Assembly: GCA_963800655.1 (NCBI GenBank)
Contig: CAWDBT010000002.1
Span: forward strand, 513,671-577,670
Reading direction: 5' to 3'
DNA from: Parachlamydiales bacterium
Lineage (GTDB): Bacteria; Chlamydiota; Chlamydiia; Chlamydiales; SM23-39
DNA length: 64,000 nucleotides
Below are positions 10,301-19,297 of this stretch, in pieces (within the stretch, counting starts at the first letter, position 1; every line of letters starts with the position of its first letter). Under the pieces are notes generated by a model. It was not told the origin of the DNA, ran no database searches, and saw only the letters and a list, made by a program, of their open reading frames with translations. The translations under genes and the position numbers were made by a program.

Positions 10301-10329
10301 TCCCTGGTTCAAGTCCAGGTTGCCCCATT
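10301..10329 (+). repeat. att-like direct repeat, right copy (orphan tRNA 3' end)
   Basis: Exact 29-nt copy of 6114-6142. Mismatches lie immediately outside on both sides. Confidence 0.85.
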
Positions 10330-10476
10330 GTCTAATAGTCATTATAGTTTCAAATCGAATTCAATATTAAATTAAAAAACACCACAACGTACATACAGAA
10401 TCAGTCGCGAAAAACAATCGCTTTTAATACAAAAGCGAGTATCATTTCTTTCCAAGAAAACAACCAGAAAGAAACT

Positions 10477-12073
10477 ATGGAAGAAATAAATACTTACCTC
10501 AATGATGTTTTAACTAAAAAAAACTCCTTCAAAATTTTCATTGCTCCTTGTTCTCGAGAAACCGCCTATAAGAATGCTCTGAGCACCATTGATAATGGTT
10601 TCGAATATTCACGTATAGAAAACACCCTTAGCAACGAAGGAAAACAAATATTAAGCACAAAAAATCAAATTTTTGCCTGGGGAACCAACCAAAAATCACT
10701 CTGGAACAATTTGAACATCAAAGATATTGTTCTTTTCTATCGAAAAAAAGAATTTATTTGCTACGGATCAATAATTTATAAACAAAACAGCTCAGACTTA
10801 TCATCATGTTTATGGCCACCAACAAAAGATCATCTTTGGGAGAATGTGTTTTTTTTCGACCAACTACACAAAATCAATATTCCTCTTTCAGAATTTATTG
10901 ACGCTGCAGGGTACAGCGAAGGCTTCGTACCACAAGGTTTTATGCGGATGAAGGATATTCATTCTCAAAATATACTAGCCAAACACCCATATCTCAACAC
11001 ATTACCCCCTCAAACATTGAAACTTTCTGAACCTGTCACCAATATGGAACCTACCAAAAAAAACTTCGAAAAATTTATTCCACCCAAGATCGAACCGATT
11101 GAAGATCTGATCGGGATTCCCGAATCGTTTTATAAACAATTAAATGCCATTCTTGCCTCTGGAAAAAAACATATCATTTTTTATGGTCCTCCAGGAACTG
11201 GCAAGACTACATTAGCTGAATATGTAGCCAAAAAGCTTTCGCCTAATTCAGCAGCAACTGACGATTCCTATATGATGTTAACCGCTTCATCTTCCTGGAA
11301 CAGTCAAGATTTAATAGGCGGATACCAACCTACCGGCCCAGGCAGGATTGAATTCATTCCAGGACCTATGTTACGCGCGTTCGACAGGCCTTTGGTTATC
11401 GACGAACTGAACAGATGTCCGATCGACAAGGTCATTGGGCCTCTCTTTTCCGTTTTGAGTGGTCAATCTACATACCTCCCCTATCGAACCGATGTAAAAA
11501 ACCCTAAAAGTAATTTTTACCGAATTTTAGTTAATCCCAACTTAAACACACATTCTCATGAATTTGCACCTGGCCCCCATTGGCGATTCATATGCACCCT
11601 GAATACCATAGATAAGGCTCAATTACGGCCAGATTAGTTACGCTCTGAGTAGACGTTTTGCCTGGATAAAAGTAGGCATACCAACAAATCTGGAAGAATT
11701 TGTCATTAAAATCGTTCAAAAAATTTCCTCGAACGCAGACAAACATGTCGGTGAAGAATCTCCAAATCGATCAAATCCAATCGCTAAAATGTGGGAACTC
11801 ATTAATGAAGTCCGCGAGATCGGGGGAGCTCCTATTATTGATTTGATCAAAACCATATTCGCAATTGATCCTTCCATTGATCTGTTGTCAGATCCAGACC
11901 CATCCTATCGAGACGTGCTGCTTGATGTTTTCAGGATGTTTTTCCTACCATTATTAGATGGACTTTATAAATCCGAGGTTGAGTCTCTTGCAGAAAAAAT
12001 TAAAGCCGCATGGCATTTAGATGAGACTCAGTACCAATCTCTTTTAATAGATTTGAGAGACATGTCGATATGA
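10477..12073 (+). pseudogene. McrB-like AAA+ GTPase subunit with an N-terminal PUA/EVE-like candidate DNA-reader domain; one frame break
   Basis: Walker A 'FYGPPGTGKTT', Walker B 'LVIDELNR' and the McrB-type 'LNTIDKA' (NTxD) motif. The frame breaks at about 11625-11640 ('...DKAQLRPD*'). Sense resumes in the next frame with the family motif 'ISYALSRRFAWIKVG' and runs to 12073. Confidence 0.7.
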
Positions 12074-13359
12074 CATGTCCAATGGAAACCAAGTTAAATG
12101 ATTTGTGCGTAAGAGTCTTACTTCGATGTTTCTGCAAAAACACAGATTCTCTTCATACCATTTCTCCAAAGCTCAAGACTAATGATCAACATTTTTTACG
12201 TGTTTGCTGGGCTCTTTCAGACTGGGTTGGAAAATTCGCAACCTATTTAAACGACCATCCTCGCGAAGTGTTGGAAGTATTTTCCGCCACAAAGGTTATA
12301 AATAGCGGAGAGAGTTTTGGTAGCCTGGATGCACGGGAAAGCCTTCTGATGCAAGAAAGGTTAGGCGATCCCACTCTTTTCGTTATTCACGATATAAATT
12401 CAACATTCTTTTCAACACCGAATCATCTTCTGGTATGGACTCTATGTCAAGCACGATCTTCCCTTGCGTATTGTAAAGACCACGCTGGCGCTGATTTTCA
12501 AGACATCTTAAATAAACGAATAGACCTCCTGGAAAAATCCATCTCTGTTTATCCATTACGTGAATTATCGAAGTCTTCACTGGCTATTCAGAGTCCAAAT
12601 AGAAATGCGTTGCGTGAAATCAGTAAAATCCGCTTTCACTTATATGCACTGGCTCTAGAGGCATTTTTGAGCCTTCAAGATATTTTACAATTGAAACAAG
12701 ATCGATTAAGATCATTGTTTGAGCAAAGTGTAATTGCTTCATATGATATCTGGAAACGATTTGAACTCGCGACTGGACTTTGTGCAGCTGAATCGATTGC
12801 AAGAAATCTCGACGAGCCTATCAAATTTGGTTTGTTTTATTCACTAGATAATCTAGCTCAAATCGGTCCATTCTCTATTAAGTGGCAATATTCTTTAGGC
12901 GTCAGAGATAATAACCAACTTGATATTTCGGAATTTCTAATAAAAAATCTTACATCAAGTCTTGGGATTGGTGAAAATTCCAAACGTGCAGATATTGCTA
13001 TCATGCTAAATATTCCCCAGCATAAAAAAGCACTTCCTTTGGCTTTTCTAGAATGTAAGTGGCATAAAAACGAATCTTCTCAAGATTCTGTAAAACAATC
13101 TTGTAGTCAATTGGTTCGATATGCTCGAGATGCTTACCCAAATTCAATAGAGAATACTGAGAAGACTCTTCAAAATAGCATCGTCGTATTAATGAATCGA
13201 AGAGAGATCCCGCAACGAATTGATTGTCTGGGTTCCGTTAATTGCATAGATTTTGATGGGCTCGCAGAAGGAATTCTTAATGACTGGGCTAATTCCCTAA
13301 TAAGAACAAGATTTATGGATGTTTCGATGAATGAGCCCGGCGAAGCTCAAAACTCCTGA
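12070..13359 (+). CDS. McrC-like PD-(D/E)xK nuclease subunit
   Basis: The start overlaps the upstream stop (ATGA). C-terminal 'RADIAIML...(18 aa)...LAFLECKWHK' fits a D...ExK nuclease core in the position seen in McrC. Confidence 0.6.
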   Translation: MTCPMETKLNDLCVRVLLRCFCKNTDSLHTISPKLKTNDQHFLRVCWALSDWVGKFATYLNDHPREVLEVFSATKVINSGESFGSLDARESLLMQERLGDPTLFVIHDINSTFFSTPNHLLVWTLCQARSSLAYCKDHAGADFQDILNKRIDLLEKSISVYPLRELSKSSLAIQSPNRNALREISKIRFHLYALALEAFLSLQDILQLKQDRLRSLFEQSVIASYDIWKRFELATGLCAAESIARNLDEPIKFGLFYSLDNLAQIGPFSIKWQYSLGVRDNNQLDISEFLIKNLTSSLGIGENSKRADIAIMLNIPQHKKALPLAFLECKWHKNESSQDSVKQSCSQLVRYARDAYPNSIENTEKTLQNSIVVLMNRREIPQRIDCLGSVNCIDFDGLAEGILNDWANSLIRTRFMDVSMNEPGEAQNS

Positions 13360-13537
13360 ACGCTTCTTGCGGAAATAGCGAAGTTTAGATTGATTTTAAC
13401 CAACTTCCATTGATTCAGTCAGCCGAAACGAGGGCCTAGCCTAGATAAAGACACCATTCCTATTCATCTTTAATGATTTACGAAAATCAATGTCTCCAAG
13501 AATTCCCAAAAGCTAGCCGAGTATTAGAAATCGAATC

Positions 13538-13750
13538 TTAGAACATACTTGGGAACGCTTTGTCGAGGCTCGATAGAACAAAATAAGCCGCTACTGCGAG
13601 ACAAACCAGCCACTTTTTTTTTCTATTGTTATTCCGCCATCCATCCTCTGCCCAGTCTGCTAACTTTAACAGAATAAACGCCCATATGACGATCGCTAGC
13701 GGTATAGATATTCCAAAGATCCCTATTTTCTGTTGCAGTGACCATTCCAT
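13538..13750 (-). CDS. Small two-helix membrane protein
   Basis: 70 aa with AGGAG 8 nt upstream of the ATG and two hydrophobic helices. Confidence 0.45.
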   Translation of the reverse strand: MEWSLQQKIGIFGISIPLAIVIWAFILLKLADWAEDGWRNNNRKKKWLVCLAVAAYFVLSSLDKAFPSMF

Positions 13751-13881
13751 ATTTAAACTCCTATTGATTTTTTGGCTGCGCTGATTTTGCTTCTCCGGCC
13801 ATCGAGATTCCCATTCCCGTCATTCCTGCTCCGATATTTCTAATAGTGACGGCAAGACCTAGATTAAAAATACGAACGGAA

Positions 13882-13909
13882 ATTCTAAACATTTCAGCTA
13901 TACGGTCAA
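13882..13909 (-). promoter_or_regulatory. Second copy of the promoter module (TTGACC - 16 nt - TAGAAT)
   Basis: On the minus strand the -35 is at 13909-13904 and the -10 at 13887-13882. It sits inside a roughly 60-bp stretch about 80% identical to 4593-4655. Confidence 0.45.
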
Positions 13910-14168
13910 CTATTTAATCGTTTAAAAAATAAATTGCAGAGACACTAAATTGTTTAATTTAAAATTTCAGAAATACTCTTACCGACAGGATCTCATGCCT
14001 TACCGAGAATCGCTTGCCTGTTTAACACACCAATGCAGATATAAAGAAATTAATTAAGCCTTTCTTGTTTTTCAACTAGAAAATATAATAAATCAAACAA
14101 ACTCAGACAAAGTTTTATTTTAACTCGAATCGACTTACAGACACATCTCCCAGAAACACTTATTTTCC

Positions 14169-14894
14169 ATGAATCCAATGACATCGCGACACTCTATACG
14201 CCAGAAAATGATTAAAGCCGAATCTTGCGGAAATACATTTTTGATTTACGAAATGCACCCCGAAGAATCTCTGAATGAGATCAAAGACGCGCTCAGATCC
14301 GTTTTGAAAAAACAAGGGCGAGATTCCGGACTCGTTCTTCAAAAAATTGAAGACGACGCTTGGAAAATGTTTGTCATAGAAAAAGACGATTCCCTGTCGG
14401 CTTTTTGCGGAAATGGCTCCAAGGCCGTTGCCCTCTATATATTTTCCAGATACGAGTTGTCGAAATTTTATATCCGAAATGATGAAACCAATCATTGCCT
14501 CGTCACCTATCGACCGGATTGCAATATCTCCTCGGTTGAAATCGGAAACGTGATGTTTCAGGATGGAATTTACTATGTATTGGGAGAACCCCACGCGATT
14601 TATCAATGCGGGCCGAACCAAATCGAGGAGCTGGCAAAACTGCACTCGAATGTCAACGTCTCGTGCATCGAACAAGTCGACGATTTGCACTGGAACATTC
14701 GAACCTGGGAAAGAGGTGTGAATGCAGTGACTAAATCTTGCGGCAGCGCTTGCGTCGCCGCAATGAGTTCGCTCGTTTCTCGCGCTAACGCTCGAGAAGA
14801 GAGTATCTTCATTTGCCCCGGAGGAGAAAATACAGTGACCTATCGACGCGGTAGATATGTGCTCGCCAGCTTTGCTTCATGTGATGGGATATAA
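14169..14894 (+). CDS. dapF: Diaminopimelate epimerase-like protein (short, divergent)
   Basis: 'AESCGNTFLIY' (GNDF box), 'FCGNGSKAVA' (first catalytic Cys), 'GEPHAIY' and 'WERGVNAVTKSCGSACVAA' (second catalytic Cys). An alternative start is the ATG at 14208 ('MIKAES'). Confidence 0.75.
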   Translation: MNPMTSRHSIRQKMIKAESCGNTFLIYEMHPEESLNEIKDALRSVLKKQGRDSGLVLQKIEDDAWKMFVIEKDDSLSAFCGNGSKAVALYIFSRYELSKFYIRNDETNHCLVTYRPDCNISSVEIGNVMFQDGIYYVLGEPHAIYQCGPNQIEELAKLHSNVNVSCIEQVDDLHWNIRTWERGVNAVTKSCGSACVAAMSSLVSRANAREESIFICPGGENTVTYRRGRYVLASFASCDGI

Positions 14895-15070
14895 CGGAAA
14901 GTTGTGTTTGAAAAACCCCATTCCGATGCTCGAGTGAGCAGGATGTTTTTATTCTTCCAAATCAGAAGCCGTCCAAGGGCTGATGAGAACACGCCTCTTG
15001 CGATTCTTCAAGATGTATTTAAAAATCGCTTCGAAGGTATGCGTTAGAAGTTCGGGTCTTTTGAATTTTC

Positions 15071-16495
15071 CTATTCAGTTCCGAATTCAGCCTCTGTTGG
15101 GATATGGCCGGGCTGCGCGATTTGCTCTAAGGCCTTTTGATTATTTATAAATTTACAAAAAATTAAGGCGATTGCCGGAATCGATCCGAGAACGATAAAA
15201 CAGGAGTGAAAAATATCGATCGAGTACTCCCCTCTTATCGCGATTCCAATCGATAAAACCATCGCAGAAAGAGCCACCCCAAAGCTGGCCGATATCTGCT
15301 TAAACAAAGAGTAGAGGGAGCTTCCAGGCCCTTTATATTTATTGGGCAGTCCGCTGAAAATTGAAGTGACGTTCGCTGTCTGGGCCATGGCAGAAGCTGC
15401 TCCGATGCAAAAAACTAACGCAGCGAGAACATATGTCGATGTTTGGGGAGTGGTAAGAGCAAATGCATATGTGCTAAGCGAAAGCACGATCAACCCGGGG
15501 ATGATAAACGGAAGGGGGCCGATTTTATTATAAAATTTTCCGACTACGGGTTGTATCATGATCATGCCAGGCGTGATGGCCGCCATGATCCACCCGGTCG
15601 ATACAAGGCCTAAACCCAGCCCCTTTTGTAAATACAGGGCGATTAAGAAATTGGCTCCTAAAAATATGGTGTTGGCGGCTGACTGGATGAGATTTCCGAA
15701 AGAAAAATGCCGGATTTTGAAGATCGGAAAAGGGATGAGAGGATTTGTAGATTTTTTTTCTATTCTGATGAACAGCAGACCCAATGAAAGAGATACGAAA
15801 GCTATCGCCCCAAGTAAACCCGCGTTGCGTTTCCCCACTTCAGAAAAAACCCATAAAATCCCCGAAAGACTCAGGCTTCCTAAAAGAAAACCACCCCAAT
15901 CGAACTTCGTCCGATCGCTTGCGATCTCTTTTTGAACCCAATAAAAACTAAATAGATAACAAATCCCAGACAATGGGAGTTTAAGAAAAAAAATCCAGCG
16001 CCATCCGAACAGACTGGTCACATATGCCCCGAAAATCGGGCCGAGAGCCGGAGCGATGAGGGTGACCATATTCATACAAGCACTGGTTTTTGCCCAATTG
16101 GATCGAGGCATTGCTTTCATCAGAGCCGACATTCCAAGGGGAATGGCCATTCCTCCGGCAAACCCCTGAAATATCCTGAAAAAAACGAGAAAAGGCAAAT
16201 CGACAGAAAAACCACAGCCGATTGAACTGCCTATGTAAATCAACTGCGATAAGAGGAAAACTCTCCTAGTGCCATAACGATCGCCCATCCAACTGCTGAT
16301 GCCGATGCCTATGGCCATAGACAAAAGAAATCCGAGAATCGCGAACTCAGCATCCGTGGGATCGATGCGAAAAGATTGAGCAATCGCCGGCAACGCCACA
16401 TTTAAAGTAGATGCATCGAGAAGATCGATGAACCAAACTAAAGAGTAGATAATCGCCAGGCGTATGCCATATCTATAACTTTTATTTTCAGTCAT
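15071..16495 (-). CDS. MFS drug/H+ antiporter, DHA2 (EmrB/QacA-like, 14-TMS) type
   Basis: 474 aa. 'LDASTLNVALPAI' and 'GDRYGTRRVF' motifs. About 14 predicted helices. Confidence 0.85.
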   Translation of the reverse strand: MTENKSYRYGIRLAIIYSLVWFIDLLDASTLNVALPAIAQSFRIDPTDAEFAILGFLLSMAIGIGISSWMGDRYGTRRVFLLSQLIYIGSSIGCGFSVDLPFLVFFRIFQGFAGGMAIPLGMSALMKAMPRSNWAKTSACMNMVTLIAPALGPIFGAYVTSLFGWRWIFFLKLPLSGICYLFSFYWVQKEIASDRTKFDWGGFLLGSLSLSGILWVFSEVGKRNAGLLGAIAFVSLSLGLLFIRIEKKSTNPLIPFPIFKIRHFSFGNLIQSAANTIFLGANFLIALYLQKGLGLGLVSTGWIMAAITPGMIMIQPVVGKFYNKIGPLPFIIPGLIVLSLSTYAFALTTPQTSTYVLAALVFCIGAASAMAQTANVTSIFSGLPNKYKGPGSSLYSLFKQISASFGVALSAMVLSIGIAIRGEYSIDIFHSCFIVLGSIPAIALIFCKFINNQKALEQIAQPGHIPTEAEFGTE

Positions 16496-16571
16496 CGCGC
16501 ATTCCTTTCTAGAAGAACTTCTTCAGAGCTTCGACAAACTGCTCGCATGAATTTGCCAGAGCGCGATCCTA

Positions 16572-16609
16572 AGAGGGTGTCTACCAAGAGCGGCTTTGTC
16601 GATTTTTGG
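16572..16609. repeat. Half copy of the 'AGAGGGTGTCTACAAAGAGCGGC' palindromic repeat family
   Basis: 'agagggtgtctaccaagagcggctttgtcgatttttgg' matches the left arm and loop of 35267-35315. The right arm is missing. Confidence 0.7.
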
Positions 16610-16755
16610 GATTATTTTGGCCTTTTTTCAATTCTTTTTATAGGGATTGTATACGAATGTTGATACTACCCCTGTAAAAAGAATCGAAAAAAGGCTCAAA
16701 AGAACGACGAAGCTTGGCTGTGGGGCAAAACCCTTGCAGGTTCTTCAAGATGGGC

Positions 16756-17073
16756 TTAGGCTTGTTTGCGTTGCTTGGCGCATCGATGGAGAAGCCCGCA
16801 AGCTGCGAAATAAAGCTCCGGATTGTAATAACCCTGCGTTCTGCGAGAGCGTTCCTCCATTAAATCAATGACATGGGCGACCTCGGGCGAAAGCTGCGAC
16901 GAATCGATCTTTTTTAATTGACCCACAATGGGCGCTAAAAAGAACTGATTATCCGCAGACCCATTGTTGATAATCCCAAAGGCATAATCGATCCAATCGA
17001 TGGCCTGTACATCCGCAGGAGAGAAGAGCGATGATGCTGAAGAAAGAAAAGCAGCTGAGGGAGGGATGCTCAT
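16756..17073 (-). CDS. Hypothetical protein
   Basis: 105-aa ORF with no motif. It overlaps competing ORFs, so the coding status is uncertain. Confidence 0.3.
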   Translation of the reverse strand: MSIPPSAAFLSSASSLFSPADVQAIDWIDYAFGIINNGSADNQFFLAPIVGQLKKIDSSQLSPEVAHVIDLMEERSRRTQGYYNPELYFAACGLLHRCAKQRKQA

Positions 17074-17267
17074 GGAAACCTTCTATTCGATGAAATTCAA
17101 ACCTCTTTGAGGAGAGATTTGACCATTCAAACGGCAATCTCTCGTTTCTCATAGATGAATCTACCGAAGAGATTAGCAACGCTCTCGTCTGTTGTCAAAA
17201 TAAAAACCGACGCGTTTGGAGATAGGAATGGATTCTTCTTAGGTCTATGAGAAAAAAGATTTGGAGT

Positions 17268-17309
17268 TGAGATCGTTCTCTAATTGCGCGCAATTAGAGA
17301 ACGATCTCA
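17268..17309. terminator. Perfect 42-bp palindrome (21+21, no loop); candidate terminator of the 17350-18501 gene
   Basis: 'tgagatcgttctctaattgcg|cgcaattagagaacgatctca' lies 41 nt downstream of the stop. The T-run on the minus strand comes only about 10 nt after the stem. Confidence 0.45.
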
Positions 17310-17349
17310 GAGTATCTTCGCTTCGATCGCGACTAGGAACAATCGAGCT

Positions 17350-18501
17350 TTATGAGTCCCAATATCCGCCCGCCGACGAGGACGATCTCCCTGACATCTC
17401 AGGGCTCTTGTGTTCTGTCGCTCTAAGCGTTTCTTGAATGATCGCAAATCGATCCTTCATAACGCGACATTGTTCCTCATCGATGCTCGTTAAGGACTCT
17501 AGCGCCTCGTCAATCGGAACTGTTTTCAGATAGGCGATTGCATCGCGGCACCCTGCTTTCAAATCTTCCGACCAAGTCTCAAACCCCGATGCGAGATATC
17601 CTTGTAATGAAGAAAGTAACTTTCTTTGCTCCCTCGGAACATCCTCTGGCCCTATGGATTGAAATCCTGCATTCATGCCTTTTGCCAACTTCTCACATAA
17701 TTGGTCGGGAGTTGTTAAGGCTCGGAAGAGAAATTCATTGTATTCTCGATTCTCCGCTGGGGAATTGCTTTGAAAAGCATTCAAGTCGATCCCATTGTCG
17801 ATCGCGTAAACGGATACAGTTCGTCCATCTTGTTCCTGGGCTACCATCGCATTTCCTACGTTGCTGGCAAAGAAGTCGAATTCGTCGAATTGATCAAATG
17901 GTTTGTCCGGCGGCCACATAAATTTTACTAAACGATCCAAATTCCCTATGGCAAAATCAAAAAAGATCAGAATCCCCAAATTCCTAAAAACACCCGAGTC
18001 CTTCAGGTAGCCCTCTAACCGATCTTGATTTCCTTGGAATTCGTTATATTTTTCGATGAGCCAGCCGCTTATGTTTTCACCTCGCACCTTTTCCATGAAT
18101 AGGATCAGATCCTCAGCTTTGGGTTGCATTTCCGGCTTAAACTTCTGAAAAAGCGCTGTCGCATGGGTTTTTAATGCCGTGGCGACCAATGGGGAAAGCG
18201 CCTCTTGGCGGCTTCCGAAACCACTCATATCCGGAACACGAAGTCCATGATTTCGCATGTTCTGAAATAAATAATTATACAATTTACCGTAAAATAATTC
18301 CCTTGGCTCGGTGCGTTTAAGTACAAATGCGAGCATCGGCTCTATAGAACGATGGATTAAAAGGGTGGGACCGCCTAAACCTTGTGAAGGCATTCGAATG
18401 CCTTCCAAATCTTCTTCCCCGCACTCGAAACCACCATCAATAATAAATTGAATAGAGCTTTCAAGCGATCGAGAAGTTAAAAAACTACTAGATAACGACA
18501 T
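17350..18501 (-). CDS. Atypical kinase-like protein resembling the actin-fragmin kinase catalytic domain
   Basis: Ordered motifs: 'LAFVLKR' (candidate beta3 Lys), 'LILFMEKVRGENI' (hinge-like), 'FFDFAIGNLDRL' (D..xGNxDR catalytic loop), 'NVGNAMV', and 'VYAIDNG' (DFG-equivalent). Confidence 0.5.
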   Translation of the reverse strand: MSLSSSFLTSRSLESSIQFIIDGGFECGEEDLEGIRMPSQGLGGPTLLIHRSIEPMLAFVLKRTEPRELFYGKLYNYLFQNMRNHGLRVPDMSGFGSRQEALSPLVATALKTHATALFQKFKPEMQPKAEDLILFMEKVRGENISGWLIEKYNEFQGNQDRLEGYLKDSGVFRNLGILIFFDFAIGNLDRLVKFMWPPDKPFDQFDEFDFFASNVGNAMVAQEQDGRTVSVYAIDNGIDLNAFQSNSPAENREYNEFLFRALTTPDQLCEKLAKGMNAGFQSIGPEDVPREQRKLLSSLQGYLASGFETWSEDLKAGCRDAIAYLKTVPIDEALESLTSIDEEQCRVMKDRFAIIQETLRATEHKSPEMSGRSSSSAGGYWDS

Positions 18502-18731
18502 TCTTTTACTCCTAGATTACTTTTTCAAAAACAATGCAATTTTAGATGATCTGGAATTATTAAAAAATACAAACAATTTTATAATCAACCTTTCAAACCC
18601 AGGACCAACGCATTTAATAAAAAAATTAATCGCAATCAAGAACGACATCCAAAAAACAAACGAAGCCCGAACCTTCACAAAATCTCTTTTGATGGACAAG
18701 AAATCGATGATTTCGGATTGGTGAATAGAGA

Positions 18732-19235
18732 TTGATGAACATACATGGGGGGACAATGGGCGCAAAAGGCAAACAACTGGTCGGATCGAATGTCAATAAA
18801 ATTCTGGTCTTATTAAACAAGGCATTTGCCGACGAATGGCTCGCCTATTACCAATATTGGATCGGTTCGAAAATCGCTCACGGCCAAATGCGCGATGCGA
18901 TTGCGGAAGAATTCAAGGAACATGCGTCAGAAGAGTTAAAACATGCCGGCATGCTGGCGGAAAGAATCATCCAATTGGGCGGAACCCCTATTTTAGAACC
19001 GAGCAAATGGTACAAAATGACGAACTGCGGGTATGAATCCCCGACCAATCCATCCGTGAAAGCCCTATTGAAACAAAACATCAAAAGCGAACGATGCGCG
19101 ATTGAAGTCTATCGACAACTGTCTGAAACGACAAAGGTCTCAGATATCATCACATATCAGCTGGTTCTCGAAATACTGAAAGATGAAATTAAACACGAAG
19201 AGGATCTGGAGGCATTCACAAAAGATCTGGCCTAG
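18732..19235 (+). CDS. Ferritin-like (bacterioferritin/Dps-like) di-iron protein
   Basis: 'ADEWLAYYQYW', 'EHASEELKHAGMLAERI', 'SERCAIEVY' and 'DEIKHEEDL' give the four-helix-bundle E/ExxH ligand pattern. The start is uncertain. Confidence 0.75.
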   Translation: MMNIHGGTMGAKGKQLVGSNVNKILVLLNKAFADEWLAYYQYWIGSKIAHGQMRDAIAEEFKEHASEELKHAGMLAERIIQLGGTPILEPSKWYKMTNCGYESPTNPSVKALLKQNIKSERCAIEVYRQLSETTKVSDIITYQLVLEILKDEIKHEEDLEAFTKDLA

Positions 19236-19247
19236 ACAACCACGATA

Positions 19248-19280
19248 AGAAACCGGGGGTGTCGATGTGCCCCGGTTTCT
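19248..19280. terminator. Hairpin between convergent genes (candidate bidirectional terminator)
   Basis: 'agaaaccgggg-gtgtcgatgtg-ccccggtttct' has an 11-bp GC-rich stem. The U-tracts are weak. Confidence 0.5.
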
Positions 19281-19297
19281 CAAATGATCCGCTGGAT

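Noticed and set aside
10288-10329. Possible second tRNA or tRNA-like minihelix ('ggggggccttca' + T arm + acceptor 3' strand)
   Set aside because: Only the T arm and the 3' acceptor strand are present, and there are no D or anticodon arms. It is best explained as the att-site copy of the tRNA-Met 3' end.
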